From positions 1 through 29,536 of the IMG/VR virus record IMGVR_UViG_3300027736_000175: DNA of 29,536 nucleotides, one strand, 5' to 3'. This stretch comes from a virus. Taxonomy: Duplodnaviria > Caudoviricetes. A model generated the notes under the pieces. The model did no database searches and was not told where the DNA came from. It was given only the letters and a program-made list of their open reading frames with translations. Shown piece after piece: positions 17,061 through 26,339 of this stretch. Within the stretch, counting starts at the first letter, position 1. Each line of letters starts with the position of its first letter. The position numbers were made by a program, and so were the translations under genes.

Positions 17061-17954
17061 ATGGCAAAGTTAAAGGCTATTGGTATTTCGGATGCCAATT
17101 TTTCACAACAAGGTGAAATAAAAGTACAAAGACAACAAGAAGAGGCTGCTCAAGCCCTTGATTTAGCTCCTGCGTCTAATAACGGAACTACATTTAAAAT
17201 TTACAAATTATCAGATACAAAGAAGAATGGTAAATACCATATGGAAGGTATTGATGATGTATGGAATCCTGCAAAGGGTAGAATGGAGAGAATTAGACTT
17301 TTAAGAGGATATCCAAGTATTTGGGTTGAAGATCAAAAAGGTCTTGAAAAATCATTTGTAGAACAAAATAGAAGAAGCTTAATTTTTGACCGTAGGGTTT
17401 TAAGAGTAGCTGACTATGATGTAGAAGCACTTGAGTTTTTAAGTCTTTGTAATGCTAATTTAGATAATGCAAATAGAAAAGGAACTAGAAAAATTACATT
17501 TTTCCAATGGAATCCGCAAAGAACCGCAGAGCTTGAAAGAGCAAAACGAGTTGCTAAAGTTGAAGCTATTAAATATGCTTCACTTGCTAGTGATGAGGAA
17601 ATGCGCAAACATTGCAATTTCTTAGGAATTACATTTGTAGATGATTTAGGTATGCCAAAATCTATGGAAGCATTAAGAAACGATTATGAACTTTACGCTG
17701 AAGCTCAACCTAATAAGTTTATGCAAAGTGCTGGTTCTAAGGAAGTTGAGATTGCTTTTATAGTTAAAAAAGCTTTAATTGATAATAAAATTGATACTAC
17801 AACAAAAAGAGGCTCAGCTTATTGGTCAAATAATGGTGGATTTATCTGCAAAATACCAGCAGACAAAAAACCACAAAATTATTTAGTTGAATTTGCAATG
17901 TTCTCTCAAGATGAAAGTAGAGCATTTTTAGAGCAATTGAAGAAATTAATGTAA
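17061..17954 (+). CDS. conserved post-capsid protein of crAss-like/Bacteroidota podoviruses
   Basis: True start likely ATG 17061 (the track start lies in the hairpin); RLLRGYPSIWVEDQ...; synteny. Confidence 0.7.
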   Translation: MAKLKAIGISDANFSQQGEIKVQRQQEEAAQALDLAPASNNGTTFKIYKLSDTKKNGKYHMEGIDDVWNPAKGRMERIRLLRGYPSIWVEDQKGLEKSFVEQNRRSLIFDRRVLRVADYDVEALEFLSLCNANLDNANRKGTRKITFFQWNPQRTAELERAKRVAKVEAIKYASLASDEEMRKHCNFLGITFVDDLGMPKSMEALRNDYELYAEAQPNKFMQSAGSKEVEIAFIVKKALIDNKIDTTTKRGSAYWSNNGGFICKIPADKKPQNYLVEFAMFSQDESRAFLEQLKKLM

Positions 17955-17977
17955 GACCTTCCCCCTCTAAATAAAAG

Positions 17978-18012
17978 AAGCCCTGTAGCCTAAAAATTAC
18001 GGGGCTTTTTTA
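17978..18012 (+). terminator. intrinsic terminator
   Basis: AAGCCCTGTAG-loop-TTACGGGGCTT followed by a T tract. Confidence 0.8.
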
Positions 18013-18022
18013 TTACTTTTTC

Positions 18023-18031
18023 GTATATTTG
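18023..18031 (+). promoter_or_regulatory. GTATATTTG promoter box for the tail operon
   Basis: Directly after the terminator, 17 nt before ATG 18049. Confidence 0.7.
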
Positions 18032-18048
18032 TTGTATAACTTATTCCA

Positions 18049-18714
18049 ATGAATGTTAATGATATGTATCGTATTTGCCAGTTTGCGGTTAATAAAGCGC
18101 AAAACGGCTATTTGACTCCATCTGAATTTAATTTGATTATAAATCAAGCACAAGTTTCATATCAAGATTATTTGTTGGGTGAGTTTCAGCAATATCAATA
18201 TGGGAGGCCTCAAGCAAGAATTAATTATAGTCAAAATGAAAATATTAGACAAAGATTATCTCCATTAATTACACAAGCTACATTAACTATTAATGGGACA
18301 TCCGGGGAAGCCCCCTATCCTGCTGATTATGTACAAGCTGATGCAATAACAACAACTACTCTTAAAAGAGTTAGATATGTTCAACAAGATGCTTTATACT
18401 CTTATTACAATAGCGAAATTGATCCAATTGAAACTAATCCTATTTATTTATTAGAACCTAATGGATTCCAATTTTATCCTATAACACTTGGCATTGCAAT
18501 TTTAACTTATGTAAAAGATGCGCCACAAATAGTTTGGGCTTATAATCTTGTTAGCGGAAGGCCTGTTTATGATTCTGGAGCAAGTGTTCAACCAGTTTGG
18601 GATAATGTAGATTTATTAGAAATTATAGCTAGAGGATTAAAATTAATTGGCTTAAATTTACAAGACGGACAAGTACAGCAATATGCTAATCAAGTAACTC
18701 AACAAGGACAATAA
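18049..18714 (+). CDS. tail ring/adaptor protein
   Basis: NKAQNGYLTPSEFNLIINQAQ motif typical of the first ring protein of crAss-like/Cellulophaga podoviruses. Confidence 0.75.
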   Translation: MNVNDMYRICQFAVNKAQNGYLTPSEFNLIINQAQVSYQDYLLGEFQQYQYGRPQARINYSQNENIRQRLSPLITQATLTINGTSGEAPYPADYVQADAITTTTLKRVRYVQQDALYSYYNSEIDPIETNPIYLLEPNGFQFYPITLGIAILTYVKDAPQIVWAYNLVSGRPVYDSGASVQPVWDNVDLLEIIARGLKLIGLNLQDGQVQQYANQVTQQGQ

Positions 18715-19346
18715 TGACTAGATACGCATTTATAGAAAGAATATTAAGGCAAATTTATAATGGGCAACCATCTGATGATAGTAGCATTACTTATAATTTA
18801 GTTAATCAATGGCTTAATGATGCTATTGGTTCTGTTGTTAAGAAAAACTACATGGATAGCATCCAATTAGATGGAGTAGCTTATGTAAACAATTCATTTT
18901 ATACAACATTCACTAATTTAGATATTGCAGCTGAAACTGTAGATAACGTAACTTATAGCGTTGATTTGCCAATCATTCCAATTGCATTGGGTAAAAATGA
19001 AGGGGTTGCCACTTTACAGTTTGTTGGTGACAAGAAAACTTCACAGACAGCTATTCCTTTAAGTATGAATCAAGTCGCTTATATTGACAATATGAGGCTT
19101 ATACAGAATAAAATAGTTTATTGGATTGAAGGTAAAAATATTTACGTTAAAAGTTCAATTCCATTAACTAGCTATAAAGCTACAATTAGAATGATTAGTG
19201 GTGGTGATTCAACTGATTTGAATTCAACATTAATTGTGCCTGATGATTATGTCGCATTTATTGTTGAATATATAAAAGGTCAATTAGCTTTTGAAAGATC
19301 AAGACCTATTGACACAAGTAACGATGGAGTAGATAACAACAACTAA
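18714..19346 (+). CDS. tail ring protein
   Basis: GQPSDDSSI N-terminus and ...PIDTSND C-terminus; synteny. Confidence 0.7.
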   Translation: MTRYAFIERILRQIYNGQPSDDSSITYNLVNQWLNDAIGSVVKKNYMDSIQLDGVAYVNNSFYTTFTNLDIAAETVDNVTYSVDLPIIPIALGKNEGVATLQFVGDKKTSQTAIPLSMNQVAYIDNMRLIQNKIVYWIEGKNIYVKSSIPLTSYKATIRMISGGDSTDLNSTLIVPDDYVAFIVEYIKGQLAFERSRPIDTSNDGVDNNN

Positions 19347-19353
19347 ATAATAT

Positions 19354-19626
19354 ATGAAACCAATTAGAGATTTTGTTTTAGTAAGACCATTTATGGCTGA
19401 TGAAATTACAGAAGGCGGCTTATTTATTCCTGAAGGATTCAGAGAAAGAAGTTGCAAGGCAAAAGTAGTTGCTACAGGAAGAGGTACGTCTAAAATTAAA
19501 ATGGAAGCTAAAAAAGATGATGTCATTTTTCACATAAAAGGAGCAGGAGAACCAATCGTTGAAAATAATGAATTGTTTTTCTTAATCCGTCATAACGATA
19601 TATTAGCTTACGCATCAAATAATTAA
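19354..19626 (+). CDS. groES: co-chaperonin GroES (Cpn10)
   Basis: MKPIRDFVLVRP..EITEGGLFIP..AKVVATGRG...LIRHNDILA: canonical motifs including the mobile loop. Confidence 0.92.
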   Translation: MKPIRDFVLVRPFMADEITEGGLFIPEGFRERSCKAKVVATGRGTSKIKMEAKKDDVIFHIKGAGEPIVENNELFFLIRHNDILAYASNN

Positions 19627-19628
19627 AC

Positions 19629-20399
19629 ATGTCACAAGTTAGAAATTATATAACACTAGATTCAGTAATCAATGATTATATTGATGAAAGTGAGCAATCC
19701 GTACATAAATATGCTAAGTTATACAATATAGCTGTTAGGGGTATGGAAAAGCTAGGGCTTGATTTTTTTTATAAAATAAGAAGTGTAAAAGTTGCAATTG
19801 ATACAACAAATTATACTGCTCAGTTGCCAAATGACTATATTAGTTATACTAAAATAGGCGTGTTAAATTCAGTAGGAGAAATTATCCCATTGAAGTTTAA
19901 CAATAAGATGACATATTACGCAGACCAACAACCAGATAGACTTGCATTAACACAAGATAATACTTTAGCTACATGGTATCAAAGAGATTTGCCATTATGG
20001 TTTAATTATTGGGATGGATATGGTTTTCAAAATATATATGGTTTACCTAGCGGTTCTCCATTTGTAGGTCAATTTAATATTGATGATTCAAATGGAGTAA
20101 TTCTTTTAAATGAATATTTCTATTATGATTATTTGATGATAGAATATTTATCTAGCGGTAATCCAGAAGAAACTTATTCAATACCTATTCAATTTAGAGA
20201 AGCATTGCTTTCTTGGTTATCTTGGAGAGATATAGCTACTATGCCAAGTACAAGAAAAGGAAATTTAGGTGATAAAAGAGATAGAAAGCAAGAATTTTAC
20301 AATCAAAGAAGAATTGCTAATGCTCAATTCAAACCATTATACTTGATGCAGGCTTACGAACAAAATTTAGATACTCAAAGAATGACTGTTAAGGCATAA
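19629..20399 (+). CDS. tail ring/tubular protein
   Basis: YITLDSVINDY...LPNDYISYTKI...IEYLSSG...EALLSWL pattern; directly before the muzzle gene. Confidence 0.7.
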   Translation: MSQVRNYITLDSVINDYIDESEQSVHKYAKLYNIAVRGMEKLGLDFFYKIRSVKVAIDTTNYTAQLPNDYISYTKIGVLNSVGEIIPLKFNNKMTYYADQQPDRLALTQDNTLATWYQRDLPLWFNYWDGYGFQNIYGLPSGSPFVGQFNIDDSNGVILLNEYFYYDYLMIEYLSSGNPEETYSIPIQFREALLSWLSWRDIATMPSTRKGNLGDKRDRKQEFYNQRRIANAQFKPLYLMQAYEQNLDTQRMTVKA

Positions 20400-20402
20400 A
20401 AA

Positions 20403-23400
20403 ATGATAATAAATACTCCTTTTAGTGGTAAGCTTAATTTAGATGATGCTAACTATAGAGTTAGTAATAATGACTATATTGATGCTTTAAATGTTACTAA
20501 AGATGCCCAAGGAAAAGGGCAGGATAAAGTAGTTTCAAATATACTTGGAAATGAATTAATACCATATTCTGCACCTAATGGTACAAATAAGGTTATTGGT
20601 TTCTATTCAGATAAAATTAGAAATAGAGCATATTATTTTATTTGGAATAGTAATGGTTATAATACTATTCTTTATTATGATTTAAATTCAAATGAAATTA
20701 TTCAAGTTTTACAAAGTAAAACAGATAGCAATGGTGTTGATATTTTAAATTTCAATCCATCATATAAGATTTTATCTATAAATATATTTTATAGAGATTT
20801 AGAAGGTGATATTTTGTTTTTTAATGACGCATACAATCAACCAAAAAGTTTAAATGTAATTAATTTGTATGGAATAGATTGGAAATTAGAGTATTTGCTT
20901 GTTGCAAAAGCTCCTCCAATTATGCCACCAAAGGTTACATATGAAAATGACACTACAATTACAATAAATAATTTAAGAAATAAATTGTTTCAGTTTTCAT
21001 ATAGATTTGTTTATGATAACAATGAGAAATCTGTATGGAGTTCAAAAAGTATAGTTCCATTACCTCAACAACCATCTTTAACACTTACTGATAATATTGC
21101 TACAAATAACGCAAGAATAGCTGTATTGTTTTCAACTGGTGGCCCTGATGTAAAAGCTGTTGAACTTTCTTTTAGAGAAACCACAAATGGTTTAACTAGT
21201 GATTGGTATTTAATAAAATCTTTTGATAAAATTAGTTTAAATATAGATGATGATGTTGTTTATGATAAATTTAAGTTTTTTAATGATGCTATTTATAGTC
21301 AAATAGATGTTATAGAAAGTGGACAATTACAAGACTGGGTTCCTCAAAAGGCAAATGCTGGAGAATTGGCTAATGGAAATGTTTTGTTATATGCTGGTAT
21401 TACAGAAGGGTACGATAAAACAACTATGGATTTGTCTGTTGAACAAACTACAGATTTAGCATCTTATTTTTATGATCAATGTGGTTTATTGTTTTTGGCA
21501 ACAGTAAATGGAACAGACAGCGGTGTCGGAACCACAATGGATATTTACCTTTATGGTACAGGAACAAATACAAGTGGAGAAGTTACAACATTAAACAATG
21601 CAGCAGGAGGTTATTATATTAACTCATTTGCTTCAGATGGTACAGATTTAAGTACATCTTATTCAACATCTGGAATGACAAGCTCTTATTTAGTAAGTGA
21701 TTTGTTAGATGGTATTTCTGCTGCATTAGTCGCAAAAGGTTATACTCAAGTTTCTTTAGTTGGTAATCATCTTATAATGAATTATCCAGATGGATTTGTT
21801 TTAACATCCGTTGGGTTTAAAACATTTATTTCATTAGATTCGGATAATACAAGATTTGCGAATGTTTGGGATTCGGGTTATCAATATGCTATTCAGTATT
21901 TTGATGCTCAAGGTAGAACAATAGGAGCGCAAACGTCTTTAGGTGGCACAATTAACACTCCATCAAGAATTATAGGAAATAATGGTTTTCCTCAAATAAA
22001 TTTATCTATTTTAAATATACCTCCATTATATGCAACATATTATCAAGTATTAAGATCAAACAATACTACTTATAATAAAAGGTTATGTTGGGTAAGTCAA
22101 TCGGCTTATGCAGGAATTACCAATAACGTAGATAATACAAGATTTTTTTATATAGGAATTGATAATATAGCAGCTTATAATGAAGCTATAAGTTCAACTC
22201 AAAATGTAGTTTCTTACAATTATACAGAGGGAGATAGAATTAGATTTATACAAAGATATGATTCAGACAACACAGCAAGAACTATTCCGGCTCAATATGA
22301 TTATGAAATAGTTGGTACTGTTGCCACATTTGAATATAATATTACATATCCTGTTCCGGTAGCTCCAGATAATAATACATATACAGCTACTGGCAATTTC
22401 TTAAAAATAAGATATCCTGAAGCTGATATTGATACAAATAATACAACTGGTTTTCAGTTTCCGGGTACGGCAGATTGGCAGCATTATGAAATATTATTAT
22501 ATAATTATTCTACAAATGCTGATACAAATCAAAGATTTTATTATGAATTTGGAAAAGAATATGGTATTGGAGAACCGGGTACGGTAAATAGATATCATTT
22601 TGGTTTACAGCAAACGCAATCAAGTGAAGATCCAATTAATGTGCCAGCTATTATATCTGTAACAAATGGAGATTTATTTTATAGACTTAGAAATGTGCCA
22701 TATAGCGATCATTTTAATTATACATCTGGTGCCTTTAGTATAGGCACAAGTGGAGCCTATGATGAACAAAGTGCTACATTTCCTATAACAGTTACTCCAA
22801 CAATAACAAATTCTTCTTATATAATACAAACACAGCCAAACTTTGCTGCATCTTTGGGAGTAGGGTCACCAGTTTGGGCTGATACTAATTACTTTTTTTA
22901 TAATCAATCTATTACTGAAAAAATATTATCAATTAAGGGTACTTTGCAATTAGCTTCTGATGGAACATCAACATTTTCTGTTTATGCTGTTATTTGTACA
23001 AATTTAGTGCCTCTTGATCCTAAATATACAGTTTCATTATTACCATTAGAGATTAATAATTTAATTCAAAATACAGATACTACACTTGAAATTAATAAAC
23101 GATTTAGCGTTCCTCAAACTGGTAAAGTTTGGATAGTTGCTACTTCTACAAATGATTCTGTAGGCGGCAATAATGTGATTATACAGCCAATGAATTTTGA
23201 TTTTGATGTGGTTAAGGATAAGGAAATTGAAATTATTGAACAAAGTTTTAATGATACATATAATTTAGTTACCAATAGCAATGGCAGACCATCAGCTATT
23301 GATGAAAATGCTAGACAAACATATTTCCCAACTGTAATTAGATTTGGGCAAGCATATCAATCAAATACTAATCTTAATGCTACCAATAGATTCTATTATG

Positions 23401-24263
23401 AAGATTTTGATGAGTATGATAGAACATTTGGTGATGTAATGAGATTGCATGTAAGAGATAGATATGTAAAAGTATTTCAACAATTTAAAGTTGGTACTGT
23501 GCCTATCTTAACTCAAATAGTTAAAGATGTAACAGGTAATCCATTACAAGCAAATAGTAATCAGTTAATAAATAAAATACAATATTATGCAGGTAATTAT
23601 GGCATTGGCGATGCTTCTACAAGTCTTGCTTGGAATAATTTTGCTGATTATTTTGTTGATAATTTTAGGGGAGTTGTATGTAGATTGAGTCAAAATGGAA
23701 TTGAACCTATTAGTATTCTTTATAATACAAATGCCTTTTTTGTTGCGACAACAGCCGCATATAGAAAAAATTTAAATAATGGCGTTAATCCAGAAGGAGT
23801 ATATACTGGAGATCCATGTATATATGGTGTGTTTGATGCATATACCAATAAATACATTATAGCTATGGAAGAAATAAATAGATATAATGCAAATTGTGAT
23901 TTTAATGGTGGTTCTGCTGTAATGATTCCTTATCAATGTGAATTTAATGGAGGAAGTGCAGTAATGGCACCTTATTATTGTGATTTTAATGGAGGAAGTG
24001 CAGTCGTATTTACACCTCCCGGTGATTACGATTATTATTTAGCAAATGAATATACTTGTGATTTCCCCGGATGTACTTTAACTCAAACAAATGTATTAGT
24101 CGCTTTTCCAGTAGGATTTAGTTATATTGGAAGTCATTATTATAGTGATTTAGGGCATACCGGATTTGTATATAAAATAACATCATCTACAACTATAGGT
24201 ATTTCAGTAATATTAGATACTATAGGTTCTAATGCAACTTGTAACTTAGCTTGTAGCGTATAA
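20403..24263 (+). CDS. tail stabilisation (muzzle, P22 gp10-like) protein, N-terminal major part, ending in Cys repeats
   Basis: GKLNLDD..DYIDALNV, FQFSYRFVYDNNEKS, VPQKA..GNVLLY, YAGNYGIG, YFVD..RGVVCRLSQNGIEPIS, GVFDAY. Confidence 0.85.
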   Translation: MIINTPFSGKLNLDDANYRVSNNDYIDALNVTKDAQGKGQDKVVSNILGNELIPYSAPNGTNKVIGFYSDKIRNRAYYFIWNSNGYNTILYYDLNSNEIIQVLQSKTDSNGVDILNFNPSYKILSINIFYRDLEGDILFFNDAYNQPKSLNVINLYGIDWKLEYLLVAKAPPIMPPKVTYENDTTITINNLRNKLFQFSYRFVYDNNEKSVWSSKSIVPLPQQPSLTLTDNIATNNARIAVLFSTGGPDVKAVELSFRETTNGLTSDWYLIKSFDKISLNIDDDVVYDKFKFFNDAIYSQIDVIESGQLQDWVPQKANAGELANGNVLLYAGITEGYDKTTMDLSVEQTTDLASYFYDQCGLLFLATVNGTDSGVGTTMDIYLYGTGTNTSGEVTTLNNAAGGYYINSFASDGTDLSTSYSTSGMTSSYLVSDLLDGISAALVAKGYTQVSLVGNHLIMNYPDGFVLTSVGFKTFISLDSDNTRFANVWDSGYQYAIQYFDAQGRTIGAQTSLGGTINTPSRIIGNNGFPQINLSILNIPPLYATYYQVLRSNNTTYNKRLCWVSQSAYAGITNNVDNTRFFYIGIDNIAAYNEAISSTQNVVSYNYTEGDRIRFIQRYDSDNTARTIPAQYDYEIVGTVATFEYNITYPVPVAPDNNTYTATGNFLKIRYPEADIDTNNTTGFQFPGTADWQHYEILLYNYSTNADTNQRFYYEFGKEYGIGEPGTVNRYHFGLQQTQSSEDPINVPAIISVTNGDLFYRLRNVPYSDHFNYTSGAFSIGTSGAYDEQSATFPITVTPTITNSSYIIQTQPNFAASLGVGSPVWADTNYFFYNQSITEKILSIKGTLQLASDGTSTFSVYAVICTNLVPLDPKYTVSLLPLEINNLIQNTDTTLEINKRFSVPQTGKVWIVATSTNDSVGGNNVIIQPMNFDFDVVKDKEIEIIEQSFNDTYNLVTNSNGRPSAIDENARQTYFPTVIRFGQAYQSNTNLNATNRFYYEDFDEYDRTFGDVMRLHVRDRYVKVFQQFKVGTVPILTQIVKDVTGNPLQANSNQLINKIQYYAGNYGIGDASTSLAWNNFADYFVDNFRGVVCRLSQNGIEPISILYNTNAFFVATTAAYRKNLNNGVNPEGVYTGDPCIYGVFDAYTNKYIIAMEEINRYNANCDFNGGSAVMIPYQCEFNGGSAVMAPYYCDFNGGSAVVFTPPGDYDYYLANEYTCDFPGCTLTQTNVLVAFPVGFSYIGSHYYSDLGHTGFVYKITSSTTIGISVILDTIGSNATCNLACSV
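23895..24020 (+). repeat. three tandem 42-nt repeats encoding C(D/E)FNGGSAV(M/V)
   Basis: Units start at 23895, 23937 and 23979. Confidence 0.9.
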
Positions 24264-24280
24264 ATAAAAAATATAATAAA

Positions 24281-24499
24281 ATGAACGTAACATTAACATT
24301 GAATTCTGGACAAGGGGCTGATTTGGGGCCAAATTTTGATTTAACAGCCGATACAGGTGTTGTAGATCCACTTACTGCTACCTTAACAGAATTATTAGCT
24401 GGAATTATTGTAATTGTGGATGATTTGGCAACAGAAGTTGTTATTACATCAACTGGAAATTGTACTAATTCATTAACTTTACCAATAACAGCACCATAA
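24281..24499 (+). CDS. 72-aa acidic beta-rich protein, probably structural
   Basis: A-rich leader, TAATG coupling to the next ORF; no Lys or Arg. Confidence 0.75.
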   Translation: MNVTLTLNSGQGADLGPNFDLTADTGVVDPLTATLTELLAGIIVIVDDLATEVVITSTGNCTNSLTLPITAP

Positions 24500-25053
24500 T
24501 GCCAAGCGTATTAACATATCATCAAGATCCATTGACTATTTCATTTGATGAAAATGCTAATGCTTTTGAGGCATTTTACTCGTATTTCCCTGACTTTATG
24601 GGAGAAGTTAATACTACCTTATTTACATTTAAAAATGGTCAAATTTGGAAGCATGGTACTACTCCTTATTGTAATTTCTATGGGGTTCAATACAATGCTT
24701 CAATAACCAATGTTTTTAACTCTAATTCATTAGATAAAAAGACATGGATTTCAGTTATGGAAACTGGTAATACAACATGGGCTTGTCCTATAATATATAC
24801 TCAAATGGACACTGGTGGAACTAGTGATTTAAAGCAAGAAAGCGAGCTTTTAGAGTCCGATTTTGTGTCTTTGGAGTCACAGTACCAAGCATCACTTTTA
24901 AGAGATTCTAATAGTCCGGGAGGATTGCTAGAGGGGGATAGCTTAAAAGGCAATTATATTGTAGTAAAATTTGAGAAAGCAAGTGCAAATTCTTTCGTAT
25001 ATTTGAACAGCGCAACGGCTAAATATATTAATTCACCATTGAATAATAGATAA
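24499..25053 (+). CDS. C-terminal segment of the muzzle/tail stabilisation protein as a separate ORF
   Basis: TISFDE..FEAFYSYFPD..FTFKNGQIWKH..NFYG..VFN..KTW..LKGNY are motifs I recall as the C-terminal end of this family. Confidence 0.75.
   Translation: MPSVLTYHQDPLTISFDENANAFEAFYSYFPDFMGEVNTTLFTFKNGQIWKHGTTPYCNFYGVQYNASITNVFNSNSLDKKTWISVMETGNTTWACPIIYTQMDTGGTSDLKQESELLESDFVSLESQYQASLLRDSNSPGGLLEGDSLKGNYIVVKFEKASANSFVYLNSATAKYINSPLNNR
24997..25005 (+). promoter_or_regulatory. internal GTATATTTG promoter box for cupin and ejection genes
   Basis: TTTCGTATATTTG identical to the site at 18019-18031; 47 nt before ATG 25053. Confidence 0.55.
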
Positions 25054-25568
25054 TGATTATTAGGGAAAATGATGAGATTGTAGATAATATTGAAGCTGCA
25101 ATGATGCAATTTCCTGATGAATTAATAGACGGGCCATTAGTTCATAAATTTACAGATGGAATGTATATAAGAGAAATCTTTATGCCTGCTGGATCTTTGT
25201 GGACAAGTAAGATACATAAAACAGAACATCCATATGTTGTTTCTTATGGAAAAGCTGCCGTATCTATTGATGCTCAAGAATGGTATGAAATAACAGCTCC
25301 TTATACTGGCATAACAAAGCCGGGAACAAGGAGAGTTTTGTTTATATTAGAAGATTGTATTTGGACAACATTTCACAGAATAGATGGAATGAAATCTGAA
25401 TATAACGATTTAAGTGAAGAGGAAATAGAGAAGATAGTTGAATCAATAGAAGATAAAATATTAGAGCCACATATCAACCAAATTACTGGTACTGATGTTG
25501 GTAAAGAATATAAAGAAATTTTAAAAAATAAAAATCAAGAATTATGGCTTTCGCAATCGCAGGATTAA
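25053..25568 (+). CDS. cupin-like (RmlC-fold) phage protein
   Basis: HKFTDGMYIREIFMPAG..SKIHKTEH...APY..TKPGTRR..EDCIWTTFH. Confidence 0.75.
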   Translation: MIIRENDEIVDNIEAAMMQFPDELIDGPLVHKFTDGMYIREIFMPAGSLWTSKIHKTEHPYVVSYGKAAVSIDAQEWYEITAPYTGITKPGTRRVLFILEDCIWTTFHRIDGMKSEYNDLSEEEIEKIVESIEDKILEPHINQITGTDVGKEYKEILKNKNQELWLSQSQD

Positions 25569-26326
25569 GTACCGCAGCAACTATAGCATTAGTGGGAGCT
25601 GGTACGGCAGCGGCTGTATCTGGCGCACAAGCTATTGGGTCTAATCAAAGAAGAAAATCTCGTGAAAGAGAATTAGATGAATATGCTAAACAAAGTCCTT
25701 TGTATCAAGGTAGTAAACCAATTAGCGAATACTATCAACAAGCAATGAATAGATATAATGAAAATCCATATCAATCTCAACAATATCAAGTAGGTGCTAT
25801 GAACGCTAGAAGAGCAACAGCTCAGGGGTTAGGTGCTTTACAAGATAGAAGATCTGCAATAGGTGGAATTAGTAGATTGGAGGCAGGACAAAATGCTGCT
25901 ATGCAAAATTTAGGTGCACAAGCGGAAGCTCAAAGAAACCAAAGATTTGGTCAATTAGGTAATGCTACTCAAATGAAAAATGCAGATTTAATGCAACAAT
26001 TTGATATTAATAAAATGACTCCTTATAATAGAATGTTAGCACTAAAACAAATGAAATCTCAGGCCGCTAATGAAGAATATTCAAGAGATGTAAATAATAC
26101 ATTTAATGCTTTAGGAAATATGGCATCACTTGGTGTGTCAGCTGGTCAAAATGTAAAAGTGCCACCTACTATTGGGCCTTCATCAAAAGAAACATTTGAT
26201 TCTTGGATGTCAGATCCTTCATTAAGACCGCAAATTAATAATAGTTTTATTTCAAAAGCACCAAGTTTGTCAAGATATAATCCTAGAATAAGTGGAGCTA
26301 GTATATATTTCCCTAATGCAGATTAA
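25544..26326 (+). CDS. putative ejection/internal virion protein
   Basis: Hydrophobic Ala/Gly N-terminus followed by a Gln/Ala-rich coiled region; position after tail genes. Confidence 0.65.
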   Translation: MAFAIAGLSTAATIALVGAGTAAAVSGAQAIGSNQRRKSRERELDEYAKQSPLYQGSKPISEYYQQAMNRYNENPYQSQQYQVGAMNARRATAQGLGALQDRRSAIGGISRLEAGQNAAMQNLGAQAEAQRNQRFGQLGNATQMKNADLMQQFDINKMTPYNRMLALKQMKSQAANEEYSRDVNNTFNALGNMASLGVSAGQNVKVPPTIGPSSKETFDSWMSDPSLRPQINNSFISKAPSLSRYNPRISGASIYFPNAD

Positions 26327-26339
26327 AATATAAATTAAA

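Noticed and set aside
23895-24263. Diversity-generating retroelement target
   Set aside because: No reverse transcriptase or separate template repeat in the window; differences between repeats are not adenine-specific
23886-24510. Group I intron, intein or homing endonuclease as cause of the muzzle split
   Set aside because: Interval is fully occupied by structural-looking ORFs; no nuclease motif, intein C-terminal HN motif or recognisable intron core
20403-25053. Stop-codon reassignment joining the muzzle pieces
   Set aside because: Stops are TAA and the pieces are in different frames
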